Shown: positions 25,854 to 34,605 of the stretch, piece by piece
How the letters are laid out: each line of letters starts with the position of its first letter
Numbering within the stretch: position 1 is the first letter of the stretch
Source of the DNA: a virus
DNA: 35,144 nucleotides
Virus genome (UHGV): UHGV-0201127
Reading direction: 5' to 3' (one strand)
Program-made: the position numbers and the translations under genes
The notes under the pieces: generated by a model
Database searches by the model: none
Seen by the model: only the letters and a program-made list of their open reading frames with translations
What the model was told of the DNA's origin: nothing

Positions 25854-27920
25854 ATGTTAATATTTGCAAGCGGAGAGGGGCGACTTACGGTCGTACCCTC
25901 TCAACTTAATCAGAACTCGAACGGAGCGAACACGGTATACTTAACGGGCGCGTTTCCGTCGGCTTCTGTGGTAACGGTGGCGTTTACGCTTCCCGACGGT
26001 ACGAATACCGAGCCGCAATTGATGACGGGCGATAAAACCGTCGAATATAACGGCGTAACGCTCGCCGTCAAAGAGTATACGCTGCCGAAGAGCATAACGC
26101 AGGTTTACGGGCGTGTTATGGCGCAGTTTTATATTCAAAACGGCACGGAAGTACTCGCCACCGAAGCAACGAATATAACCGTTGCGAAAGGCGTTCCGTC
26201 GCTTTCTGCGGGGGCTGCACCCGATAACGTATACGAGCAAATCGTTGCGTATCTGTCGTCCATAGAAACGGAAATGACGAACAAACTCGACAAAGTAAGC
26301 GGCACTTCGGGCGATATACTTCTATATGCCAAAACGCCCGAAGGCAGTCAGACAACGGTCGAATTGTCTCCCGAGATATTATTTGGCGCGGCTGTTCAAC
26401 GCGATAGTAACGGACACGTAAAAGTTCCCGAAGCGACCGAAGACACGCACGCGGTTAATCTTCGGCAATTTATAGACCAAATGTCTGCCGCAATCGCCAA
26501 AGCGGTCGCAGCGAAACTCGACAAAGCGGGCGGCACGATAACGGGCGACCTTATCGTTACGGGTGACTTGACGGCAAAGGGTAAAACCTTTATCGAAGAA
26601 GAAACGACGCTCGCAGTCAAGAATGCCATAATCGAAACGAACGCGGGCAAAACCGACCTTAAAACGCTTCTTTCGGGTTTGGTTATCAACAAAAACCCGA
26701 CGACGGCGTACGGCTTCGTATACGACCCGACTGACGACACGGTGAAGTTCGGACAGGGTTCGGTAGACAAAAACGGCGTATTTACCTTTAATTCGGGCGA
26801 GGGTTCTCCGACGGCGACGAGAGCCGACAGTTCGACTTTTACGGATAAGCACCTGATATGTTGGAATGCGGCAAATAAACGTTTCGAAGACGCAGGCGCG
26901 GCAAAGACCGATTTCGCTACGCCGTCCTACGTAAACGCGAAGATAAACCAAGTAGAATTGGACTTTAAGAAAGCCGACGCAAGACTGAACGAAAACATTA
27001 TAAGGCTTTCTAACGTTACCTATCTCGTCGTTGAGGGTAACACTGTAACTCTTAACGGGCTTACTAATCAAGCCGTAGATTGGGGCGACGGAGCAATCGA
27101 ACAGGGCGGGACGGGTCATAGTTATAGCGACGATATAGGCGTGCATCTTATAGGGATAACGGGCTTAAACATAATTCCCGACGGTTTTATGACGAATAGC
27201 GAAAATCTTCGTAAAGTATATCTTGCCCCGGAGGTTGTCTCCATAGGGGCGAACGCTTTCGGTGCGTGTACTTTATTGCAAGAGGTTATTATAACTTCCG
27301 ATAGCGACCTTACATATATCGGTACAAACGCATTTCGTGCCTGCGGGATGACTTCTATCGTTATTCCTCGTAAAGTTGATACAATCAATACCAACGCATT
27401 TAAGGAAGTTCCGCTCGAAAAGATTATATCTTATGCGACGACCCCTCCCGCACTCGATAAAGATTTTGCTTTTGAAGACCAGTCTTTAACGAAAATCATC
27501 GTTCCGAAAGAGGCTATAAACGCTTATAAAACCGATGACTTGTGGTCGCAATTCGCAAACATAATCGTCTACGAAATCGATAGCAGCGACGTGCCAGAGG
27601 CTGTAACTTACTATCATCACTTTTTACTTATATATGCGGGTACGTCTGCTTCGGCTGCCGAAATTAAAGTACGAACGTATTTTATTTCTTCTTCGGGTGA
27701 TAGAATTGAATCATTAGACGACTTGCAAACGGTATTAGGAATTAGGGTGGTTCCTTTTTCGGGGTATTTCAAAGACCAGGGAATTGCCCTTTATAACTAT
27801 AACTCTTTAACTAAAATAACGGGTCTTACATTTGTAGACCCGTCGACATATTCCGAAATAAATGTTAAATTTGCGGATAGATCAGATTGGGTATTTCAAG
27901 ATACGCCCGTAAAAATATAA
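25854..27920 (+). CDS. tail fibre/receptor-binding protein: BppU-like N-terminus, KLDKAGGTITGDL shaft, PKD-like DWGDG, BspA-type LRRs
   Basis: VVSIGANAFGACTLL, LTYIGTNAFRACGMTSIVIP, YATTPPAL, IIVP..AINAYKT. Confidence 0.85.
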   Translation: MLIFASGEGRLTVVPSQLNQNSNGANTVYLTGAFPSASVVTVAFTLPDGTNTEPQLMTGDKTVEYNGVTLAVKEYTLPKSITQVYGRVMAQFYIQNGTEVLATEATNITVAKGVPSLSAGAAPDNVYEQIVAYLSSIETEMTNKLDKVSGTSGDILLYAKTPEGSQTTVELSPEILFGAAVQRDSNGHVKVPEATEDTHAVNLRQFIDQMSAAIAKAVAAKLDKAGGTITGDLIVTGDLTAKGKTFIEEETTLAVKNAIIETNAGKTDLKTLLSGLVINKNPTTAYGFVYDPTDDTVKFGQGSVDKNGVFTFNSGEGSPTATRADSSTFTDKHLICWNAANKRFEDAGAAKTDFATPSYVNAKINQVELDFKKADARLNENIIRLSNVTYLVVEGNTVTLNGLTNQAVDWGDGAIEQGGTGHSYSDDIGVHLIGITGLNIIPDGFMTNSENLRKVYLAPEVVSIGANAFGACTLLQEVIITSDSDLTYIGTNAFRACGMTSIVIPRKVDTINTNAFKEVPLEKIISYATTPPALDKDFAFEDQSLTKIIVPKEAINAYKTDDLWSQFANIIVYEIDSSDVPEAVTYYHHFLLIYAGTSASAAEIKVRTYFISSSGDRIESLDDLQTVLGIRVVPFSGYFKDQGIALYNYNSLTKITGLTFVDPSTYSEINVKFADRSDWVFQDTPVKI

Positions 27921-27937
27921 AAAGGAGTATAAAAATT

Positions 27938-28321
27938 ATGGGACTTAAAAAAGAAAATTACGAAGTAAAAGATTTAGGCATAAAATTGCCTACGGCATAC
28001 GCGGTAGTGCGTAAACTCGACAGACAGGGCAAAAGCGGTTATGCGGAGTTGTGGATACATAATTCAAGGCATAACGCGCTTACTAAAAATGCCCTTGAAA
28101 GACATTCGGTAACGTTCACGATAAAGGACGGGGAAAACCCGACCGCCGCGGCGTACAAAGAAGCCACTACACGGCATACGCATAAAGAGTTTTATTTCGA
28201 TATGGAAATCGTAGACGGAGTAGAAACGAAAGTGCGTAAAACGGTAGAAGTAGAAGACCCCGCTATATTAGACGAGTGGGAAGACGATATCGAGGTGGTC
28301 GACGATGAAGAAAACAGTTAA
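27938..28321 (+). CDS. fibre-associated hypothetical protein
   Basis: SD aaggag, ATG 27938. Confidence 0.75.
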   Translation: MGLKKENYEVKDLGIKLPTAYAVVRKLDRQGKSGYAELWIHNSRHNALTKNALERHSVTFTIKDGENPTAAAYKEATTRHTHKEFYFDMEIVDGVETKVRKTVEVEDPAILDEWEDDIEVVDDEENS

Positions 28322-28715
28322 ACTATCAAACCTCATTTACGGCACGATAGACAATACAGAGCCGTTTATATTGGGCGTAAACGACAAATTAACACTCAAA
28401 GTCGAATCAGATTACAACCCGACCGATTTAATCGTTATAGCCGAATCAACGGGCGGACAGCATACGCAAAGACTGTCGAGCGATGAGTACGACGTACCTC
28501 AAAAGTTACTCGTTGCAGGCAAAATAACGTTTACTTTCTGCCTTATCCAAAACGGCGAAGTTTGCAAGCGTTGGACGGTTTTACCGCTCGTTCTGAAAGG
28601 CTTCGGCGGTAGGTCGTTCGAAATGCTTACCTACACGAAAGCGATAGACCTACAACTCAAAGATATCGAACGTCGTATAGCGGCGCTCGAAAAACAAAAC
28701 GAAATCATTTTATAA
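28305..28715 (+). CDS. hypothetical structural protein
   Basis: Beta-rich with C-terminal coiled coil. Confidence 0.7.
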   Translation: MKKTVKLSNLIYGTIDNTEPFILGVNDKLTLKVESDYNPTDLIVIAESTGGQHTQRLSSDEYDVPQKLLVAGKITFTFCLIQNGEVCKRWTVLPLVLKGFGGRSFEMLTYTKAIDLQLKDIERRIAALEKQNEIIL

Positions 28716-28728
28716 GGAGATATCAAAA

Positions 28729-29484
28729 ATGAAAAAGTTACGCAAAATTATTTTACTCGTCCTTTGTATGGCAATCATCTTTTGCTTCGGCGGCGCGGGC
28801 ATATCCGTATACGCCGCAGACGATACGGTTACACCCCCTGCGGGAGAAGTCGTAGACACGCCCGACGACAATACGCCTGCCGACGATAAAACGCCGACGG
28901 ACGGCGAAAACGTACCCGACGCGGACACCGAGCCGACCGAAGATATAACAGCCAAAATAAAGGCGATTTTAAGCGAAAGCGACTACTTTACCAAAAACAT
29001 ATTGCCGCTCGTCATTTCGGCGGGTTCGGCTCTTTTAATGGGAATCGGCGCGTTGTTGCCGTACCTTAAAAAGAACGCTAAATACAAACAATTACTCGGC
29101 TTATATAAAGGACTGCAAGCAAAGACCGACGAATTGACGAAAGCGATACAAGAGGGCGACCCCGATAAATTGAAAGAAGCCTTGACGGCGGCTCTCGGCA
29201 CAGAATTTACGAAAGTTCTCGAAAGTCTGAAAATCGATAAAAAGACCTATGCGGAAATCAAGGCTCAAATCGATACTATATCGGCGCAACTTTCCGCGCT
29301 TATCAACGGAGCGACTAACGCGTGGCGCGGTTCTGAAACCGCCGTTGCGTGCCTGACCGCTACGCCTACTCAATCGGCGGTAGAAAAGCAGGCGGCAGAG
29401 ATTAAGGCTCTCGAAGACTACATACGCGAAACGAAAGGCGACGAAGCGGACAAAGTTATAACCGACATAAAATCGAACGCCTGA
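28729..29484 (+). CDS. membrane protein with signal peptide, acidic Pro/Thr linker, TM helix and coiled coil
   Basis: MKKLRKIILLVLC..VYAADD; lysis-module position. Confidence 0.8.
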   Translation: MKKLRKIILLVLCMAIIFCFGGAGISVYAADDTVTPPAGEVVDTPDDNTPADDKTPTDGENVPDADTEPTEDITAKIKAILSESDYFTKNILPLVISAGSALLMGIGALLPYLKKNAKYKQLLGLYKGLQAKTDELTKAIQEGDPDKLKEALTAALGTEFTKVLESLKIDKKTYAEIKAQIDTISAQLSALINGATNAWRGSETAVACLTATPTQSAVEKQAAEIKALEDYIRETKGDEADKVITDIKSNA

Positions 29485-29497
29485 AAGGGGGCAAGCA

Positions 29498-29947
29498 ATG
29501 ACTAACGGAGCAAAATGTAAACTTTACAGAGCGTACGCTTTTTTAGTGTACGCTCTGCCTATGGCATTGTTATTTATTCTCAATCACGAAGCCTACGCCG
29601 GGAAAGCCTCGGCGTTCGGCTTTTGGGGATATATAATACTTATCTTCGTCATAGCGGCGTTTAAGGACAAGTTTTTAACGTTGTTCAAAAACAGTTCGCT
29701 TTTGACGATATCCGCGATATTCTTCGTTATTGCGCTCACAATGCGTTATCTGTCCGATGAAATGATACTTATAGCGTTAGTTTCGCTCGTGGGGTCGGTA
29801 TTATCAACGTTCGTCGATATCGTCGGCGACGTATACGAAAGACATTCTAAAATCATCGTAGACGGCGTAGAGCAGAAAAACAGAAAACCCGCAATACCCG
29901 ACGCGGAAGCGTGGAAAGAAGCCTATTTTTTCAAAGCAGAGGAGTGA
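29498..29947 (+). CDS. four-TM membrane protein (holin-like candidate)
   Basis: Four hydrophobic segments, charged C-terminus. Confidence 0.75.
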   Translation: MTNGAKCKLYRAYAFLVYALPMALLFILNHEAYAGKASAFGFWGYIILIFVIAAFKDKFLTLFKNSSLLTISAIFFVIALTMRYLSDEMILIALVSLVGSVLSTFVDIVGDVYERHSKIIVDGVEQKNRKPAIPDAEAWKEAYFFKAEE

Positions 29948-29953
29948 TAAACA

Positions 29954-30907
29954 ATGGCAGAGTTCGATTTCAACGAAAACGATTTACTCGACGAAACTTT
30001 GGCGCATAAAAAAGAGCCGTCTTCGGGCGTTGGTAAATTCCTGTCGGTCTTGCCGACCGTTATACTTGCTATCGCCCTGTTTTCGCTTTCCGCGCTTTCG
30101 ACGCTTATAAACTTTAATTTCTCTTTCAAAGAAATAGTTTGGGCGAGTTTCATAACGGCTTTACTTCTCCGCATAGCAACGGCTGCAATGAGTAAATATC
30201 TCGGTTCTAACAGCCGCTATCAGGTAGGGCAGAAATCGCCCGAATTATTGCGTATGCAGGAGAAAATAAGAACGACCGCCGAAAAGATAAATTATGCCGA
30301 GTTCCGCTCGTGGGTAATAAACGAAAACAAAAAGCGTAAACTCGAAGCGTATATGCGCGGGTGGGCGCGTAAAGCGGCGGCTATCGACGAGAAGATAGGA
30401 CGGCTGAAAATAAAACCTTTAAACGACGGAATCGGCAAAAAAATTACAAAACTCGAAAATAAGAAACGCGAAATCGAGTACGTAACGAGCGACGAATACG
30501 TCAAAAAGTATTTAGACACGAAAAAGGTCAAATACCTACGCCTCGATTATCGTAAATTCGTAACGGTGTTTTCTTCCGACGGCGGGTATAAAAAAGAGAT
30601 ATACTCCATTAACGAAAAGATAGAGAACGGCAAAGAAATATTAAAAGGCTTGCCGACGATGATTTTCATTTCGTTGCTTTCCGCGATGATAGGCTTCTCC
30701 GTTTCGTTCGGGCAAATCAACGTCATTTCGTGCATAACGGATATCGTAAATATAACGCTTCAATTCACTACGGGTTGGTTTTTTATCGGTTCTAAAACGC
30801 TTACCACCGAGATGTGTGTTTTCATCTCAAAAGAGGCTATTTTAGACAAGTTTTTAGCCGAAAAATCACCCCAAAATAATATTAAAATGTTACAAAATGA
30901 AAAATGA
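29954..30907 (+). CDS. membrane protein: 2 TM, basic coiled coil, 2 TM
   Basis: Hydropathy read from the translation; last late gene. Confidence 0.8.
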   Translation: MAEFDFNENDLLDETLAHKKEPSSGVGKFLSVLPTVILAIALFSLSALSTLINFNFSFKEIVWASFITALLLRIATAAMSKYLGSNSRYQVGQKSPELLRMQEKIRTTAEKINYAEFRSWVINENKKRKLEAYMRGWARKAAAIDEKIGRLKIKPLNDGIGKKITKLENKKREIEYVTSDEYVKKYLDTKKVKYLRLDYRKFVTVFSSDGGYKKEIYSINEKIENGKEILKGLPTMIFISLLSAMIGFSVSFGQINVISCITDIVNITLQFTTGWFFIGSKTLTTEMCVFISKEAILDKFLAEKSPQNNIKMLQNEK

Positions 30908-30963
30908 TACAATATATAGGGTAAAATAAGGGCAGAAAAACACAATATATTGTGCTGTGTATG

Positions 30964-30981
30964 CTCCACCCCTGTCCACCA
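30964..30981 (+). mobile_element. attP core equal to a tRNA 3' end
   Basis: CT-CCACC-CCTGTCC-A-CCA parses as T-loop end, T-stem, acceptor strand, discriminator, CCA; next to the integrase 3' end. Confidence 0.65.
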
Positions 30982-30986
30982 AGTAT

Positions 30987-31014
30987 AAAAACCGCCCTTT
31001 TTGGGCGGTTTTTT
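30987..31014. terminator. bidirectional terminator
   Basis: AAAAACCGCCC-TTTTT-GGGCGGTTTTT. Confidence 0.88.
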
Positions 31015-31034
31015 CTTGTTTTTCGGCATATTTT

Positions 31035-31119
31035 TTACTAAAATTACTATTTTTGCCTATTTGCTATCCCGTATTATACTGTATTATTTTTCAAAGTGTT
31101 ACTAAAATTTGTTACTAAA
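31035..31119. promoter_or_regulatory. putative integrase arm-type sites
   Basis: TTACTA pairs at 31035/31044 and TGTTACTAAA x2 at 31097/31110. Confidence 0.55.
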
Positions 31120-31122
31120 TTT

Positions 31123-32268
31123 TTATTTGATTCGGCTGATGATTTCCTGCTTGTCTTCGTCGTATAAATGCCCGTAAGTTTTGAACACTTGCGCGACGGT
31201 ATCGCCTATAAGGTCGGCTACGACGTAAACGCTTGCGCCGAGGTGAATACACATAGATACGAACGAGTGCCGCAGGTCGTGTATTCTTATGCGTTTAACG
31301 CCCGATTTTTCGATATAGCGGTCGAAAGCGTGCGCTATGGTATTTTCGTGTATAGGCGCGTCGCCACCGAAGTAGAAAGGCTTTTGCGGCGTATAGGCGG
31401 CAAGGGCGGCTTTCAACGGCTCGCAAATAATGGTCTTTGCGCGGCGTTCGTTTTTGGTTGTGGTTATTTTGTACGCGTCTTTGTCGACCGTTTTACGGGT
31501 GTAAGTTTTATCGAATACGATATAGTCGCGGTGTACGTCGTCGGCGTTCAGAGCGATAACCTCGCCCTTTCTTCGCCCGGTAAAAAACAGCGTATAAAAA
31601 AATGCGCGATAGGTGGGGTTATCCACTACGGCTATAAACTTGTCGAACTCTTCGCGCGTCCAGAACTGCATAGCGGTTTTAGGCGTACGGCGTTTCGGCT
31701 TTTTTACTTTGCGTAGATTGTTGACAGTCCCGTAATGTATCTCGCACCACGCAAGGAACGTACTCATTGTGCCGCGTATGTTGGATAAATGGCTGTACGA
31801 GTAATAATCGCCCGTTTTCGGGTTCTTTGCCCGCCAAAGGTCGTCCTGCCACTTGTAGAGCCTTTCGGGCGTTAAATCGGCAATTCTCGCGTTCTGAAAG
31901 TATGGTAAAATGAAATTGTAAAGATTGCCGCGACGGTCGTATATCGTGCTGTCTTTGTTTTGATTGGACATAGACGCTATATACAGCGGGGCGAGGGCTT
32001 CGACGGTCAATTCGTCTTTACCCTTTTCTACGGCTTTTTTCTTCTTTATGGGGTTGCGCTTAACGAGTTCGCAATACTTCTGAATAAACTCTAAATGCGC
32101 TTCTTTGGCAAGCGCTTTCGTTTTATATCCCGATAGCCGCTTTTGCTTCTCGTCGCCGTCGAGCGTAACGATACGAAAGACGATATCGTAAACTTTTCCG
32201 TTTAATTTCGTCTGCCGTTCCTGTATGTTTGCCTTTGTACTGCTTATGTAGTAATGCTCCATAATCAC
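31123..32268 (-). CDS. int: tyrosine integrase
   Basis: Arm-binding N-terminus, TGRRKGE, HDLRHS, VADLIGD, TYGH. Confidence 0.95.
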   Translation of the reverse strand: MIMEHYYISSTKANIQERQTKLNGKVYDIVFRIVTLDGDEKQKRLSGYKTKALAKEAHLEFIQKYCELVKRNPIKKKKAVEKGKDELTVEALAPLYIASMSNQNKDSTIYDRRGNLYNFILPYFQNARIADLTPERLYKWQDDLWRAKNPKTGDYYSYSHLSNIRGTMSTFLAWCEIHYGTVNNLRKVKKPKRRTPKTAMQFWTREEFDKFIAVVDNPTYRAFFYTLFFTGRRKGEVIALNADDVHRDYIVFDKTYTRKTVDKDAYKITTTKNERRAKTIICEPLKAALAAYTPQKPFYFGGDAPIHENTIAHAFDRYIEKSGVKRIRIHDLRHSFVSMCIHLGASVYVVADLIGDTVAQVFKTYGHLYDEDKQEIISRIK

Positions 32269-32612
32269 CTCGTGCGGATAAAGCCTATATTAAGATTGCA
32301 TAAGTCCCATATAAGCAAAAAAACAAATACGGCGGTCATAGCAAGCACTACGCCCGATAAAATCTTTATCCACTTGCTTAAACGGGCGTTGTAACGCTCT
32401 AAAATGCGTATAATACGCTCGTTGCCTTGCGTGTTGGCTTCGTGTTCGCCTAAGGCGTTGAGTAAGGCTTTCGCGGTGGAATACCCGGGGTCGGGAGTTT
32501 TGCCCGACATTATGCGGTTGATAGTGGATAGCGGAACGCCGCTTTTGTCCGCAAGTTCCTGATTGGTTATGCGCTTCTTTTCTTTGAGTTCTTTAAGTTC
32601 GTCAACTAACAT
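32265..32612 (-). CDS. XRE HTH regulator with C-terminal TM helix
   Basis: TNQELADKSGVPLSTINRIMSGKT.DP; ILSGVVLAMTAVFVFLLIW; overlaps the int start. Confidence 0.85.
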   Translation of the reverse strand: MLVDELKELKEKKRITNQELADKSGVPLSTINRIMSGKTPDPGYSTAKALLNALGEHEANTQGNERIIRILERYNARLSKWIKILSGVVLAMTAVFVFLLIWDLCNLNIGFIRTR

Positions 32613-32803
32613 TCGTTTTCCCCTTTGTAAAGATATATTTTTATTAAAAGTGTGCCGATTCGGGCGCAAAATTAAAAGTGATACGATATTTTACTACAAT
32701 TGATACCCCGTTTTACCATTATTGCGTATTGACTTTTTGTCGATAGGTGGTAAACTTAAAGCAAACGCGGCAGATACGCCGCGATAAGATAAGGGGTGCT
32801 ACT

Positions 32804-32914
32804 ATGACCGAAAAACAACTCGATTTTATCCGAAGACTACTCGCCGCAAGGCTCACCGATGAAGAACTCGACGACCTTATACGTAAAGCCGAAGAAATTT
32901 CACAAAGCGATTGA
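32804..32914 (+). CDS. 36-aa micropeptide, candidate anti-repressor
   Basis: SD aaggggtg; promoter TTGACT 32729 / TGnTAAACT 32751; MTEKQLDFIRRLLAARLTDEELDDLIRKAEEISQSD. Confidence 0.7.
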   Translation: MTEKQLDFIRRLLAARLTDEELDDLIRKAEEISQSD

Positions 32915-32964
32915 CGGCGACCGTCTTTTATGCTATACTGTAACTATGACAAACGCTTGTCATA
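32911..32964 (+). promoter_or_regulatory. promoter and palindromic operator
   Basis: TTGACG-17-TATACT (extended TG); TATGACAA-acgc-TTGTCATA 32945-32964. Confidence 0.75.
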
Positions 32965-32982
32965 CATAAAGGGAGTATCTCT

Positions 32983-33441
32983 ATGGAAAAGACCACTCAA
33001 AAAGATTGTTTTGTAAAGTCCTTACACGAAGTAAATAACTTAACGCTTAAACTATCCGCAAACGCCACCGAAGAGCAAATCGCGCCCTTTGCCGCGCTTA
33101 TATCCGCGCTTTCGGAAACCGTTCCCCAAAATCTCAATGCTACGGAATATTCCGACGAAGAGAAAGAAGTTATAGAACGGGGTAAAATATTCGTGCGTAT
33201 CGGTCTTTGTACCTATACGGCGGGCTATACCGACGACGAACGCAGAGAGTTATTTCAACAGTCCTCGGCGCGGTTCATCTGCCGCATAAATGAAGACGGG
33301 GCAGATAACTATTTCGCGCATTACGTTTATCTCGTCGATATAGACGGGGTTAAAAAAGTAAAGTCGTGCGTACCCGCGCATTGCAGCGAGAGGTTTATAG
33401 ACAGCCTTAAAAAGTCCGACTATTACAAATCGTGGTTTTGA
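32983..33441 (+). CDS. hypothetical protein with own promoter
   Basis: 152 aa; SD ggag. Confidence 0.75.
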   Translation: MEKTTQKDCFVKSLHEVNNLTLKLSANATEEQIAPFAALISALSETVPQNLNATEYSDEEKEVIERGKIFVRIGLCTYTAGYTDDERRELFQQSSARFICRINEDGADNYFAHYVYLVDIDGVKKVKSCVPAHCSERFIDSLKKSDYYKSWF

Positions 33442-33614
33442 GCCTCTCTAACCTTTTGGCGAATAACCGCGGCTACTTCGTCCGTTATTTCGCCATTGTA
33501 TAAGAACTCTTCTACCTTGTTCATATCGCCCGTTTCCCGCGCGATTCTGATTGCTTCGGCAGTCCACGGGTCGTCGCGGAACGGGATATAAATTCTCTCA
33601 TCATCTTTGTACAT
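33423..33614 (-). CDS. hypothetical protein
   Basis: 63 aa, protein-like composition, weak SD. Confidence 0.55.
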   Translation of the reverse strand: MYKDDERIYIPFRDDPWTAEAIRIARETGDMNKVEEFLYNGEITDEVAAVIRQKVREAQNHDL

Positions 33615-33625
33615 ATTAACACCAC

Positions 33626-33652
33626 GGCGCGCTTCGGTGCGCCCTTTTTTTT
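33626..33652 (+). terminator. intrinsic terminator
   Basis: GGCGCGC-TTCG-GTGCGCC then T-run. Confidence 0.75.
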
Positions 33653-33734
33653 ATTTCAGTCGGTAACAAATTGTAACCTTTTCAACGCCGCGAAAACGGC
33701 AATTTTACCCGTAAATTATGACATACGTTTGTCG

Positions 33735-33866
33735 TGTATACATTCTGTATCCAATCTGTATCCAAACTGTATACACAGGTTAGGTTAGAGTTAGGTTAGA
33801 ATAAGTAAGAAAGAATATAAATAAAATATTATATTTTATCAACTGCGCGTGTGCGAACGCACGCGA
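33735..33866. repeat. origin-like element: four 11-bp iterons, purine-skewed tract, AT-rich tract, hairpin
   Basis: TGTAT(A/C)CA at 33735, 33746, 33757, 33768; GGTTAG repeats. Confidence 0.65.
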
Positions 33867-33869
33867 GGG

Positions 33870-34205
33870 CTATTTCCGTTTGCTTAAAAGGAAAGAAAGG
33901 TAATCGTTCATTTTATCTATCTCGTCGTCGGACATTTCTTTGACCGCTTCGATGAACTCTTTCTCTTTATCGGATAATTCACGGTCGGGGTTATCCGTCC
34001 ACCCCATAAGGTAGGCGGGTTGTACGTTTAAGACTTTCGCTATTGTAGCAATTTTCGATTGTGGTAGGTCTACAAGTCCGAGTTCGATTTTGTTTATGCT
34101 CGAACGAGAAGTATAGCCGCAACGTTTGGCTAACTCTTCCTGCGTTAAATTGAGGTCTAATCTTTTTTGCCTAATCCTTGCGCCGAACTCTTTTAAGTTT
34201 TCCAT
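33870..34205 (-). CDS. CI-like XRE repressor without peptidase domain
   Basis: GARIRQKR..LTQEELAKRCGYTSRSSINKIE...PAYLMGW; divergent from cro. Confidence 0.9.
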   Translation of the reverse strand: MENLKEFGARIRQKRLDLNLTQEELAKRCGYTSRSSINKIELGLVDLPQSKIATIAKVLNVQPAYLMGWTDNPDRELSDKEKEFIEAVKEMSDDEIDKMNDYLSFLLSKRK

Positions 34206-34228
34206 AAAATCTCCTTAAAATTAAATAC

Positions 34229-34347
34229 ATTATACAGCACGAAAAAAATAAAATCAACAATTTGAGAAAAATTTTCTACAAATTTACAAAAAACGCTTGA
34301 CAATCTCAAAAAGGGGGTGTATTATGTGTGTAGAATTAAATTCTACG
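34229..34347. promoter_or_regulatory. divergent cI/cro promoters with TGTAGAA-N5-TTCTACA operators
   Basis: Minus TTGATT-17-TATAAT (34257-34229); plus TTGACA-17-TATTAT (34297-34325); operators 34262-34280, 34329-34347. Confidence 0.8.
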
Positions 34348-34361
34348 AAAGGAGTGGCAAA

Positions 34362-34574
34362 TTGAACACGCAGAAATTGCAGGGGAAAATAAAAGAGCGC
34401 GGATATACGTTAAAAACGCTTTCAAAAGCCTTAAAATTATCTACGGCGACCCTTTTTAACAAGGTTCACGGTAAAAGAGAATTTCTTTGTAGCGAAATTC
34501 AGAACATAAGCAATCTATTAAATTTATCGGCTACGGAAGTAAAGGATATTTTTTTTATCAATGTTGTAGAATAA
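34362..34574 (+). CDS. Cro-like regulator
   Basis: TTG start with SD aaggag; KLQGKIKERGYTL..LSKAL.LS.ATL.NK..G.REF...EI...IFF. Confidence 0.88.
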   Translation: MNTQKLQGKIKERGYTLKTLSKALKLSTATLFNKVHGKREFLCSEIQNISNLLNLSATEVKDIFFINVVE

Positions 34575-34583
34575 TCTTCTACA
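34565..34583. promoter_or_regulatory. distal perfect operator at the cro 3' end
   Basis: TGTAGAA-TAATC-TTCTACA. Confidence 0.7.
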
Positions 34584-34605
34584 ACCACCCAAAAGGAGAA
34601 CGGGA

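Noticed and set aside
25854..27920. Diversity-generating retroelement targeting the LRR fibre
   Set aside because: No reverse transcriptase ORF and no template/variable repeat pair seen.
30940..30990. Complete tRNA gene
   Set aside because: Only the 3' 18 nt fit; no D or anticodon arm, consistent with an attP core.
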